This document shows positions 26,587-38,959 of a stretch of 64,000 bases of DNA, in pieces. The stretch spans positions 139,314,001 to 139,378,000 of the forward strand of contig OZ024742.1 of assembly GCA_964016885.1 (NCBI GenBank), written 5' to 3'. A program made the position numbers and the translations under genes. This DNA comes from Eledone cirrhosa. Lineage: Eukaryota. The notes beneath the pieces are model-generated. The model made no database searches, had not been told where the DNA came from, and saw only the letters and a list, made by a program, of their open reading frames with translations. How positions within the stretch are numbered: position 1 is the stretch's first letter; each line of letters starts with the position of its first letter.

Positions 26587-29500
26587 AAGGGTGAGTGATC
26601 TCTTTTCCTCTTTTAACTTTTCAGCACCAACATGGCCAATATAAGAGTTGGATGTGTGAACGTACGCGGCCTGGGGATGCCCTGGAAACAGGGCAAACTC
26701 TTAAACGACCTCAGGTCGCACAGTTTGGATGTGGTAGCCATTTGCGAGTCCAGGATCCACGGCGAGCGACAGCTGGCCCCCATCTTCGATGACTTTGAGA
26801 TCTACGCATCTCTCTGTCAACCGGGGGGTGGGGGCGGAGTTGCCGTTTTGCTGCGGAAACACCTGGGCCTCGTAACACAGACGGTACATCTGGACCCGGA
26901 GGGTCGACTGGTGGTCCTAGACGTTGACGGTAGTGAAGGTGGAGCGTTCAGGCTGGTGGCCGCATATGCCCCATCCGGGACACCGCGGCCAGACTTCTTC
27001 AAACGTCTAGAGACTTTTCTGGGAACGTCCCGCTCCTTGCTTTTAGTGGGGGACTGGAATGGAATCCTAGATGCACGTTGGGACTATGTGGGAGCATGTC
27101 CCGATAAAGGGGGGTGTAACAGCCTCAAACAGTTAATCGACCGATTTGACCTGGCCGATAGATATCGACTAGATTTTCCGACTGCGCCACTGTGGACGTG
27201 GAGTAATCGTAGCGGAACATCTAGATCGTACCTAGATAGGGTTCTAGTTAGAAATAAGGATAGGGACATGTTAAGCTGTCCACAAATGTTCATGGTTGCC
27301 TATTCGGATCACAAACTAGTGACCTGCATGGCCAACCTTGATAGAACCCATAGACAAGGACCCGGCTACTGGAAGCTGAACTTGTCGTTACCGACAAGCA
27401 AAGCCTACAGTAGACGGATTAGCACTTTAGTTAAACAGCACTTGACAGGGGCCATTGTCAACAACAGATGGTGGTACTCTCTCAAGAGGGCAGTTAGATT
27501 AGACTCGATAGTTTTTAGTAAAGAATTAGCGTTAGATAGAAATAGAACCGAGAAGGAACTGGTAGATAAAGTAGAAGAGGCTATTAGAAGTGGCAACGTA
27601 GCCAGCGTGCTAGCAACGAGAACGGCCTTGGACCAGTTCTTCGACGCAAAGCACGAGGGCTGCGTTGTCAGAAGCAAAATACGTGCTCTGGGAAACGAGG
27701 GAGCCAAAGCTGTTAGCTGGGCCCGAGTGACGGAGGCAAAAAGTGGCAACAAGTCCACGATTCGGTCTTTGAAGGACCAAAACGGACGCGTGATACGTGA
27801 GCCGAAGCAGATGTGTGCGGCTTTTCAGCGGCACTTTGCTCGGCTGTTCGGGGGGAGCGGCGCGCCGGGAGAGGCTATGGATTTCGGTCCATACCTCGAC
27901 GGCCTACCGCGACTCTCGGACAGCGAGGCGAAGTTCTGCGAAAAGCCGATTTCAGCCACTGAGATAGGGGACGCGCTGAGCCAATGCGGCAAACGCAAAT
28001 CTCCAGGTCTCGACGGTCTACCCTACGAATTTTACGTAGCAATGCCGGACTTATTCTCCGGTCTCCTGGAAGCGGTCTACTGCAACTGGCAACAGAACGG
28101 GAGAATTCCCAGTTCTGTAACCGGGGGCGTGGTCACACTAATCAGGAAGGACGAGAATAAGGGGGATGACATAGGCAACTTCCGGCCCATAACTCTGCTA
28201 AACACAGAGTTACAGATTTTGGCCAAGGTGTTGGCAAAGAGGCTGGCGCTTGTCGTCGAGAACCTGGTGGGAGAAGCGCAGACATGCGCGATCCCGACCA
28301 GGTCCATACACGACAACCTCCACCTCATGCGATACATCATAGAGAGGGTAGGGTGTAAACCCGGCTTCGGTGGGGCCCTGATCAACTTGGATCAGTCTAA
28401 GGCTTTCGATAGGGTTGACCATCGTTACCTGGATGCGGTGCTCGAGGCGGCAGGCTTCGGACCCGTGTTCAGGGGCTGGATTGCTGCAATGCACAACAGC
28501 AACATCTGCTCAAGGGTCAAGGTGAACGGTTACCTCTCGGAGCCGTTCCATATTACGCGATCCATTCGACAGGGATGCCCTCTCTCCTCCCTTCTGTACG
28601 TACTGACTCTCGAGCCACTACTGCGGAAGCTGGAGCTATTGCAGGGCATCCCTCTGGAACCGGGACTGCGGAAAGCGGCGTCGGCCTACGCCGACGACGT
28701 GACAGTAATGGTGTCGAGCGCCTCGCAAATCGAGAAAGTCGGCACCTTACTAAAGGAATACGAAAGTCTCACAGGAGCGAAGCTGAACCGGGACAAGTCC
28801 ATCGGTTTGCAACTCGGATCGTGGAGAGGCAGACCGATGCCTTCCGATGGCGTCGTCGGACGCTGGACGGAAGGACCGGTAAAGCTGCTCGGGGTCTGGT
28901 TTGGTCCGGACCTCCAGGTGGAGAAGAACTGGAACGAAGTGACGGCCAAGGTGTTTGCACTCACCCAGAAGTGGGCCGAGTGCAAACTATCCTTGAAAGG
29001 TCGAGCGGAGGTGGCGAACACTTTTATAGCGTCCGCCATCTACTACCGCTTGACCGTCGTGCCTTGTCCAGCCAAAACGCTCGCCAAAATGGAGCGCGCC
29101 CTCTTCCGATTCCTTTGGAAGAGGCGGGCTCCTTTGGTAAGAAGATCCATCTGCTGCCAACACCCTTCTAACGGAGGGCTGGGGATGCCGTGGTTGACGA
29201 TGCGCAAACACGCGCTCAGGCTGCGGCATCTCTACGTATTCCTCACCGGACAACCGGTGTGGGCCCCGTTCGTGAGGCGAGCCTTCCCACGACTCGTCTC
29301 ACTGACCGAGCTGCAGTCCTGGGTCAAGCAGAGACCGAGGAAAATGGGCGACTGGCACATCGAATGTGCTCAGGCACTCACAGCCCTCTGGCAGGCGGAC
29401 CCGGCGATCAGTGGAGACTCCACTTCGTCATTCTATAGAGGGTTGGTCCGCAGCAAGTGCGACGACGCGCTCGGTGAAACTCTAGGCGTGGAGGAAGATG

Positions 29501-30308
29501 AACTGGCCAGTCTGTTCGGTAGGACCTTCCGCCCGGGACCGATGGACAACTTCCAAAAGTCCCTGGCCTGGCAGTGCTACCGAGGAGCTCTACCAGTTCG
29601 AGACAAGCTCTACAGACATGGGCGCCCGGGCAGGGACCCTGCAAAAAAGATCTGTCCGAGGTGCGTGCGAGACGAAGAAACCGTCGCGCACGCATTCATA
29701 CACTGCCCGGGCGTCACTGACCTGTGGGGATATGTAGAACGACTATTGTCGCGGGTGGGACCAATCCAGTTGACCACCGAGTCCATTGTCATGATCAAAC
29801 CGCCACCCTCCTTCAAAAACGAAGGAGAGGCGGTTTTCCTTTGTGTGATAGCTATGGCGAAAGAGGTTGTATGGTGGACAAGGTTGAAAGGGCTGAGGTC
29901 AGACACCTTTCTCTCCGGCCAACAACTGATTCTTTTTTTCAAATACCACTTTGGAAGAAGAATCAGGATGGAGAGAGAGGTGCTGTACCCCAGCAAGTTT
30001 TATGAAAGGTGGGTGAAAGTGGCGAGAATGGCCCGAGTGAATGGGCCTTCTCTCTATATCAGCCTGTAGGTTGAGGAAAAGGAGGAGGAGAGGAAAGGAG
30101 TACAAGCTCTTCGTACTCCTGGAGATGAGGGTTGCACATTTTTTTCGGGGGTCTGTGTTACCCATATAAACTGTCTCCCTCTATTGGGGAAAATCGACTA
30201 ACTTTTAAATTCCATCTGTGATAACATTTTACACGTTTTTATTGTATGTAAACTTCCCCCTTTGTATTTGTCCCCTTCTTTTGTGCCCCTGTGGCTAATA
30301 AAGAAATA
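26587..30308 (+). mobile_element. Tx1/L1-clade non-LTR retrotransposon, 5'-truncated (no ORF1), inserted in (TATC)n
   Basis: Intact ORF2; 3' UTR ending ccctgtggctaataaagaaa; (TATC)n on both sides; empty paralogous site at ~23230-23290. Confidence 0.92.
26632..30069 (+). CDS. LINE ORF2, 1145 aa: APE endonuclease, reverse transcriptase and zf-RVT
   Basis: APE motifs NVRG, GDWN and SDH; RT motifs KSPGLDG, FRPITLLN, DQSKAFD, QGCPLS and YADD; CPRC..ETVAHAFIHC. Confidence 0.95.
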   Translation: MANIRVGCVNVRGLGMPWKQGKLLNDLRSHSLDVVAICESRIHGERQLAPIFDDFEIYASLCQPGGGGGVAVLLRKHLGLVTQTVHLDPEGRLVVLDVDGSEGGAFRLVAAYAPSGTPRPDFFKRLETFLGTSRSLLLVGDWNGILDARWDYVGACPDKGGCNSLKQLIDRFDLADRYRLDFPTAPLWTWSNRSGTSRSYLDRVLVRNKDRDMLSCPQMFMVAYSDHKLVTCMANLDRTHRQGPGYWKLNLSLPTSKAYSRRISTLVKQHLTGAIVNNRWWYSLKRAVRLDSIVFSKELALDRNRTEKELVDKVEEAIRSGNVASVLATRTALDQFFDAKHEGCVVRSKIRALGNEGAKAVSWARVTEAKSGNKSTIRSLKDQNGRVIREPKQMCAAFQRHFARLFGGSGAPGEAMDFGPYLDGLPRLSDSEAKFCEKPISATEIGDALSQCGKRKSPGLDGLPYEFYVAMPDLFSGLLEAVYCNWQQNGRIPSSVTGGVVTLIRKDENKGDDIGNFRPITLLNTELQILAKVLAKRLALVVENLVGEAQTCAIPTRSIHDNLHLMRYIIERVGCKPGFGGALINLDQSKAFDRVDHRYLDAVLEAAGFGPVFRGWIAAMHNSNICSRVKVNGYLSEPFHITRSIRQGCPLSSLLYVLTLEPLLRKLELLQGIPLEPGLRKAASAYADDVTVMVSSASQIEKVGTLLKEYESLTGAKLNRDKSIGLQLGSWRGRPMPSDGVVGRWTEGPVKLLGVWFGPDLQVEKNWNEVTAKVFALTQKWAECKLSLKGRAEVANTFIASAIYYRLTVVPCPAKTLAKMERALFRFLWKRRAPLVRRSICCQHPSNGGLGMPWLTMRKHALRLRHLYVFLTGQPVWAPFVRRAFPRLVSLTELQSWVKQRPRKMGDWHIECAQALTALWQADPAISGDSTSSFYRGLVRSKCDDALGETLGVEEDELASLFGRTFRPGPMDNFQKSLAWQCYRGALPVRDKLYRHGRPGRDPAKKICPRCVRDEETVAHAFIHCPGVTDLWGYVERLLSRVGPIQLTTESIVMIKPPPSFKNEGEAVFLCVIAMAKEVVWWTRLKGLRSDTFLSGQQLILFFKYHFGRRIRMEREVLYPSKFYERWVKVARMARVNGPSLYISL

Positions 30309-30538
30309 TATCTATCTATCTATCTGTTTGTCTATCTATCACTCTCTGAATTTAGTAGTTCTAAACTTGTGACACGTGAACACTTTCTATCTATCTATCT
30401 ATCTATCAATCTCTGCATGAAGTGGTCCTAAACTTGTGACACGTGAGCTCTGCTCAAACAGGAAGGAAGTCAAAACTAACCATTGTTAAGGAACACGTTG
30501 TCGGGAAATTGAAAACACGAGTCTCTCTCTCTCTCTCT

Positions 30539-30590
<52 letters not shown>

Positions 30591-31415
30591 TTAATGGTGC
30601 TATGATGCTTCCATAGGCGGTATGCCAGTTGAGCACTCTATGTTCTTACAGAGCAGAGTGTGATATAATATAAAACGAAAACGAGACACGATCATTGTAT
30701 GGATCTGTCTGATTCTAGACCTGCAGGTTTGTCAGACACTTGCAATAATTTCGGAACAAATTTTCTCACTGGGGTTTTAGCTTCAGAAAACATCTTCCTC
30801 GCTTGTCCTGATGTTGGCTGTTGTTTTTCTACGTCATCATAAATTCTGGCCAATATTTGCTGCCATACTGCCCATCAGCTACTCTCCGTCCGACACACTT
30901 CAATGAATTCATGCTGGGTTTGGTATTTCACAAGTCACTCACACACGCATATACACACACATACACACACACACATATATACATACACATACACACGCAC
31001 ATACATATATACATATATATATATACACATATATACATACACACACATGTACATATACACACCCATATACATATACACACACGCTCTCACATACACACAC
31101 ACACACGCCCACGACCATATAACTTACAACATACGCGCCCACAGGCGCCTGCCTACATGCCCTCGTACATCAACTCTCACACGCACGCGCACACACACAC
31201 ACATACACAGACACGCATACAAGGACACACACATGCGTCCGCGTACATCTACACATATACACAAACACGTACAAACACACACACACGCACATACACACGC
31301 CTGTCCGTACAAAGAGGCACAAAGACAGACCCGCTTCCAAATACACACATACCACACACATACATATCTATCAATCTATTTATCTATATATATATATAGA
31401 GAGAGAGAGAGAAAT

Positions 31416-32087
31416 TACGTGAATCAAAGTTCAGTTTGAATCATTTATTTGCTTACAATTGTTTCCTCCAAACCGAGGTTTGGATTCTTCGGAGCAAGTA
31501 TTTAGTGATTTTTTACATACTTGACCTCCTTTTCAACAAAAGAGACATATAAAAACATATGTATATATTGACCCACAGTGGGTTGACATCCATCATAATA
31601 ATATAGCATGGCAATTTACATACAAAGGTTACATTCATATTAAAGGACAAAATTAAAGTTAAAATTAAAATAAAAATAAAAATAAAACATTGACAGTTTA
31701 TGAAGATAAAGCAAGAGGAAAGTTTAGAGTAGTCAGTGTATGAAACAGTCTCACGTGTGGCATGCACGCGTGTCTAATTTATACAGGATTATAGTGCGGC
31801 AGATTGTTACATGTAAAAATAAGCAGTTACATGTAAAAATAAGCAGTTAAAGCTTGAAAAGAAGGTCAAGTATGTAAAAAATAAGCTTGAAAAAATAAGC
31901 TTGAAAAGGAGGTCAAGTATGTAAAAAATAAGCAGTTCCATGTAAAAATAAGCAGTTAAAGCTTGAAAAGGAGGTCAAGTATGTAAAAAATCACTAAATA
32001 GTTGCTCCGAAGTACCCAAACCTCGGTTTGGAGGAAACAATTGTAAGCAAATAAATGATTTAAACTGAACTTTGATTCACGTAATTA
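31416..32087. mobile_element. Penelope pLTR remnant with inverted ~125-bp arms, each containing a hammerhead motif
   Basis: 31416-31540 is the inverse of ~31960-32087. The minus arm reads ttgct CCGAAGA a-tccaaacc-tc-ggtttgga-g GAAAC aatt GTA agcaa. Confidence 0.65.
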
Positions 32088-32642
32088 CTATATAACTGCT
32101 CTGTAAAACAATTGATGTTATTACATTGAGCTATTTATCTTACTGGTAATAAGATAGTAATGAATTACTGTCTTTCACTATTTAGAGTTTAAAATATATA
32201 TAACCATAAAAGGTTTTATTATATACATAACCTTAATACTATATATATATATATACATATGTGTATATGTACACACACATAAACGTACTCACCAGTAATC
32301 CCTTAGCCTGTTTTAGGTGCACGTACACACATGCGCGCACACACACACACTCACACACACACTGGCTAATATACATTCAAACAAATACGCGCCCAAACAC
32401 CTCCGTGCCCACGTACATCTGCAAAGATACATACACGCACACACATATCTCTGTCCGTACTCAAATGTGATATACTCACAGTCATATAAATCTGCACAAA
32501 AGGTCATACAGGGTCATCCATGGAAGGATGCATCCTGTTATACATGCACGAGCATAAAAAATGGAACCAAATACATACATCCATACACATACATGCAAGC
32601 GTACATACACACACATATAAATAAATAAATAAATAAGTAAAT

Positions 32643-32725
<83 letters not shown>

Positions 32726-32862
32726 TACACATCAATAAAAAAAATTAATACAATATACTAAAATATACATCTGACGTCATATATTAAAATATGTATCTCG
32801 TATTAAACATGCACAGATATAAACATTATAATCATATACATACATCCATACACATTCACGTA

Positions 32863-32961
<99 letters not shown>

Positions 32962-33006
32962 TACACATATATATATATATCTACATACAGACACACATAT
33001 ATATAT

Positions 33007-33066
<60 letters not shown>

Positions 33067-33249
33067 GCTTACACATATACACACATACAAAAACAATAAA
33101 ATAAATATACAATATACAATAAAATAAATATACAGTATACAGTAAAATAAATATATAAAAAATAAATATACAATAAAATAAATATACAATACATCCATAC
33201 ACATTCACGTAACGTATACATATACGTATATATATATATAAACACACAT

Positions 33250-33282
<33 letters not shown>

Positions 33283-33499
33283 AATATCTCTACATACACA
33301 CGCATATATATACACATATACACACACGCCTACACATATACACACATAAAACAATAAAATAAATATACAATATATTAAAATATGCATATAACGTCACATA
33401 GAGATATATAATAGAGAGGAGAAAGGAGAAGGTATGTGTATGCGTGTAATATAGTACATATGGGGAGTATAAGATCCACACTTAGGTCTGTGTACGGAA

Positions 33500-36416
33500 C
33501 AAATAATATGTGTTCCAAAATGGATCACGTGGAGAGTATGTATTCACGATTGAAAAGGTACATATGCATGGGGGCGCATAGCCCGGTCATATTGGGTCTG
33601 TCACTGTGGGTGGGGTGTGTTGTCCTATAGTTACAAGGTTGCTGACTGAGCGACCGTGGAATCCGAGTCAACCTGTCTCGGCTCAGGCAATGTTCCTGCC
33701 TACGGTGACGTGCAGAGTCGGGTATGCATCTTGGGTTATTTTGGTTTACCCAACGAGGCATATAATGTCATCAGGGTATGGTGTCTGATCCCTTGAACCC
33801 TTTTCGTCACTCTGGTCGGCATAGACTACATTTTCTACTTCCAGCCGAGTATGCATTCGCGTGCCGAACGATACTCCAGTCAGGTGCCATTGTCTTTCAG
33901 GTCCCACACCAGGTCCGCTAGCCTAGTGGAGTGCCTCTTGCTTCGGTCCTTGAAGGAGTTCGTGTGGTTATACATCCGCGATTTAAAGGTCTGTTGTTAT
34001 TTTGTTCGCTTCGGACGCCTGGCCCTCGATCTGCTATGGCCCTCTCACGATTCTCAGGGTGTTGTTCCGCCGGCACGGTGATCTCCTCCTCGCCACTCGT
34101 TCCCACCTGGCGTTGGATCGTATCGTCTTCCGCGGGCGTGGCGGCCGCCTCGGGGGCCGGACTGCTATTTGAAGGCCGGTCCCCGAGGAGTCCTCCACGC
34201 TCCGACAGACGGTCGTTCTGCCGTCGCGGTTGACGGTCGATGTTCCCCATCTTTACCGCGTTGGTTTTGGCCATGTAGTCGGCCATGTTAGGTGCTGTGG
34301 AGAAGGAAAACTTCACCGTGTGGCGGTTGAAAATCTTGTGGCATTTGTTCGACGGCGGGAAGCACTCGTCTAACGCTTGGAAAAAAATCCCTGGCACGTT
34401 GCTGCGTACATGCTTAGAGTATGGCGCGTTAAACCATGTAACGGCCTTAGATCTAGTCTTGTTCTTTCGTGTGTGTGTAGTCGTGGGAGTGTGCCCTGGG
34501 TCTGATGTCCATCTCGGGTTTTGCCCTCCCATAATTACGTCTTCTATGTTGTCTCTATTTGTGTGTCCGCTGTGGGCGTCAAGGTTGTGCCTATCACTTA
34601 TTAAGGTATTCCGTTCTATATTGTCGGTTCTACTGTTAGTCACTTTAAAGCTATGTGGTGCTGCTGTCGGGGCTATACCACTACTACCAGGCCGGGTGCT
34701 CTCTCTATCGGGTGTCACGACCGTACTTGTCGTTACCCTGTCCCTAGTCCCATTTACCGCGATGCATGTAGTGTGCGTGTCGGGCCCATGCCTACGTGTA
34801 CTTGGTGGTCTAGCTCCCATGCGTGCCTTCGTGCGTCCTACTGTCGCTCTGTGTCATTAAGGTGAACTGTGTTGCTACTCGTGTTCTTAGAGACTAGTAC
34901 CGGGTCATTTCTTCTACCTATGGAAGTGACCCCGCTATTGCCGTATCTGCATGCCTCGGCGCTAGGCTCTTCCCTGTCTGGGGTGTACACTATGCTATCT
35001 GTGTAACCGGCCCTGCGCGGTGCCTCATTATAATAGTCGGTGTGTTGTTTAAACACGTCTGCGTTGGCCGACAGGGTGGATACGCGTTTTGATACCCCTT
35101 TAACTATTGCTTCTATGACTGACCTGGGGTGGTTCGATTGCCTGCTCACATATTGCAGGTTCTCATTGGGCTTGTGATAAGGTCGGTGGATGCCCGTATT
35201 CATTTCCAGAGAAACGTCCAGGAAATTCACCCTCTTAGTGCTAGGATCTATCGTCACGGATAAGCCGTGTTGCTTAAAAAAATGCGCTATGCTCTTCCTC
35301 ATACGCTCCATCTGGCTGGGGATTAGGGAACGGAAGGTGAAAAGTGCGTCGTCTCTGTATATTCCTCCGCCGATCCCTGGGATCTCCTCCGCTAACCTAT
35401 GGAGGAGATAGATCCCCACCAGATCGGTCACCTGCGCCGAGTCGCTCGACCCCATGGTGATATCGAAACTGTCGGGTCTGTCCCTCCTCTCACATAACTT
35501 GTCTTCGAATCTAACCAGCGTCTTTCTAGCTGCTACTATGAGGCTAGCCTCCTCCCTAGTGAGGTTGGACTTGGCCATGGCGCTCATGAGGGCCTTGTTC
35601 ACTATTACAGGGATACTGACGCATAGTAATTATCTATGTCTAATTGAATAAAATTTACCTGCTACTTGTTAACTATTACGAGAACCAGTCAATTACCTCC
35701 TTAGTGGAGGTCCATAAGCTAAGCCTAGTTTTGTTTCTAAGTACCGGTAGTATCCTGTCTATGATATTCTTGCTGGTCCTACCTATGTCGGATTTGGAGG
35801 GTGCTATTAACCTAACCGGTAGGTTAGTTCTAAAGTCTAATTTATGATCCTTAAGAGATATCCGGGGTTTTCTAGGTACATATAATTCGGTCCTATCATC
35901 TATCCCTAGCCCGGTCATTATATTTTTGGTCGTGGCGTTAATGTTATCTAAGTTGTCCTGTCCTGTGGTCCTGTAATTTTTCCTAATCTCTTTCCCGATG
36001 CAGTCGTTGTATGTAAAACGGTCAAGCATGTATACATTACCAGTTTTGTCCGAGGGCACAAGTAAATCCTGGCATTCTTTCATGCTTTTGATTGTGGAGC
36101 TGAGACTCCTGAGGTATTTCGTATGTCGTGTACTATACCTACGGAACTTGTTGTTACGGACGATGTTGATGATATGATTCTCAAATTCTTCCAGCTGTGC
36201 GTTATGTGGTGGGTGTGGTCTAGATCTAAAGATCCGCTTTAGGTGGTCCTGGGGGATATCAGGTGCGTGTTGTTGTGTCCTTCTGTCGTGGTGAAATGCG
36301 CGCTATCTCATGCGTCTAACGAAAGAGTTGGTGTGGTGTATCAGTAAACACATGTACGTGCTGTCAGACGGGATCGGGATGTCCTTTAGGTAGGAAGAGT
36401 AATTGAATTTTTCCAT
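33500..36416 (-). pseudogene. Disrupted PLE ORF (RT plus degenerate C-terminal GIY-YIG region)
   Basis: MEKFNYSSYLKDIPIPS..SFVRRMR; VPSDKTGNVY; FDITMGSSDSAQVTDLVG; YRDDAL; VNFLDV; YHKPN..SNHP; WFNAPYS..HKIFNRHTVKFSFS; ENVVY; with stops and frameshifts. Confidence 0.85.
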
Positions 36417-36896
36417 GGCGAATCGCTGTAAACGCTTTACTTGTGGAGGAGCCTATTATATATGTGTGTTGAATGGTAGCTATGATGCTTCCATAGGCGG
36501 TATGCCAGTTGAGCACTCTATCTTCTTACAGAGCAGAGTGTGATATAATATAAAACGAAAAATCAGTGATGCATCTGGACTCAATTTATTGTGTTACAAT
36601 GTGTGTATGTATATGTGTGTATGTATATGTGTGTATACATATATATGTATACATATATATGCATATATGTATGTGCGCGTGTTTGTGTATGTGTATGTAT
36701 ATATGTGTGTGTGTATGTGTGTGTATGAGTGACTTGTAAAATACCAAACCCAGCATGAATTCATTGAAGTATGGTAGCAAATATTGGCCAGAATTTATGA
36801 TGACATAGAAAAACAACAGCCAACAGCAGAACAAGCGAGGAAGATGTTTTTTGAAGCTAAAACCCCAGTGAGAAAATTTGTTCTGAAATTATTACA

Positions 36897-36985
36897 AGTG
36901 ACCGACGAACCTGCAGTTCTAGAATCAGACAGATCCATACAATGACCGTGTCTCGAGCTGTCTGCCGGCGAAACAATTGTAACAC
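36897..36985 (+). ncRNA. Degenerate hammerhead in the inverted pLTR
   Basis: gtga CCGACGA ..cagacag..ctgtctg.. GAAAC aatt GTA acac. The 3' pLTR copy has gtgt CTGACAA, giving a consensus gtgt CTGACGA. Confidence 0.5.
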
Positions 36986-37076
36986 ACAATAAATTGAGTC
37001 CAGATGCATCACTGATTTTTCGTTTTATATTATATCTATATATATATATTTATATAGATAGATAGATATGTTTCTT

Positions 37077-37126
<50 letters not shown>

Positions 37127-37485
37127 TAACATTCTGTATAAACTATCTATAACCATAGTTGGTTGCTATTAATAATAGCTATGAATATCCGGTAAAATAC
37201 CCCTATGGACGGGAAAAAGGGCCAACAACTACTGCAGAGAATCGAATTCCGTACCTCTCGAATTTTGGCTGAGTGCTCTAATCATTCAGCTACACTATCC
37301 CTGGCAACCGATTCTGTATCTGTTAAATCGCTCTGCCGAACAGCTTTGGATGTAAAGACCATTCTCCATAAACTATAAAAGCGTTGGATAGTTTTGTAAC
37401 TCTTAGAAAATGTAGGAATCCCAAACGTAGAAACTAAATGTAATCACAGTCGACTGCTTTAAATAACAGATTAGAAGATCACTTT

Positions 37486-37969
<484 letters not shown>

Positions 37970-38406
37970 GAAGGAGGTATGGTAAGGAACCAGAAGGACC
38001 ACAACGCACCAGAGTACTTAATACTTAGGGTAGTAGAGTGGGTAATAGGAGAATGTTTAACGCCGACGGCAGAGTTCAAGCCGTTTCTGGACTACAGAAA
38101 TAGCCGTCGAAACGGCTTGAGCTCTGCCGTCGGGGTTAAACATTCTCCTATATATATATATTAGAAAGTGAGGTTTATTTTACAAAATGAAAAATAAAAA
38201 ATAACCGAGGTGTATATATATATAAGGAAAAAAGATGAAATCGAAAATGCAACATCAGATGTGAGAAAAACCACAGACCCTCCATCTCAACTCTACTTTT
38301 GAAAAGCAGAAGAACTGGGAAACCGGTAAAGGAACCAAATAAATATATATATTTAAAAAAAAAAGACTCCAGTTGCATTTACGATTTCATCTTTTTTATA
38401 TATTTC

Positions 38407-38437
<31 letters not shown>

Positions 38438-38807
38438 CTAAGGCGGGTAAAATTCCCGAGATCCATGGACGAGTTCTCTCCAGCGGTCTCTGTCCCTCAT
38501 TATCGCTGCCATGTCCTGCGTCTCCAACAGACCAGTGTCTGTCCTTAGGGCATCAACATACGTTAACCTTGGTCTTCCTCTTCTAGTGTGTCCATGTAGG
38601 GGCTCCCAAAGGAGCACTGAGTGCAATGTCAACTCAGATGGTGGATGGGTGCTACACGAGAATGCTGAGGATGGCTCTGAACATTAATCACTATACACTG
38701 AGGATGAAAAACTCAGAGCTGTATGGGAGCCTCCCAAAAGTCAGCTGAAAAGTGACACAGAGGAGACTGAGGTTAGCTGGACATGCTCACCGACATCCAG
38801 AGTTGAC

Positions 38808-38808
<1 letters not shown>
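38438..38808. mobile_element. RTE-type LINE 3' fragment with internal inversion
   Basis: Minus strand LLWEPLHGHTRRGRPRLTYVD; plus strand DGCYTRMLRMALNI..QRRLRLAGHAHRHPEL. Confidence 0.75.
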
Positions 38809-38851
<43 letters not shown>

Positions 38852-38891
38852 TACTCTATTCAATATTAAATTTGATATTATTTCTTTGCAG

Positions 38892-38959
38892 GTGTTCAGA
38901 TTTCTTCAACAAGTCTCCTGTTTTTGATGACGTCGGCGTTACTGGTCAACAATTACTGA
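38892..38959 (+). CDS. Terminal coding exon of the micro-exon gene; GPI-signal-like tail xVQISSTSLLFLMTSALLVNNY*
   Basis: Strong acceptor atttctttgcag. The phase-1 frame matches the micro-exons and gives a polar spacer, a hydrophobic stretch and then TGA. AATAAA follows at 39195. Confidence 0.7.

Larger units (their letters stand above)
30591..37035 (-). mobile_element. Naiad-like Penelope retroelement with 3' pLTR (~30591-30950), partial 5' pLTR (36470-36600) and inverted pLTR (~36720-37035)
   Basis: 30591-30680 matches 36470-36560 (direct). 30681-30950 is the reverse complement of ~36725-36955. Confidence 0.8.

Noticed and set aside
26591-26624. GTGAGT...TTTCAG mini-intron at the LINE 5' end
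   Set aside because: At 34 nt it is probably too short to be spliced. Only the acceptor is considered further.
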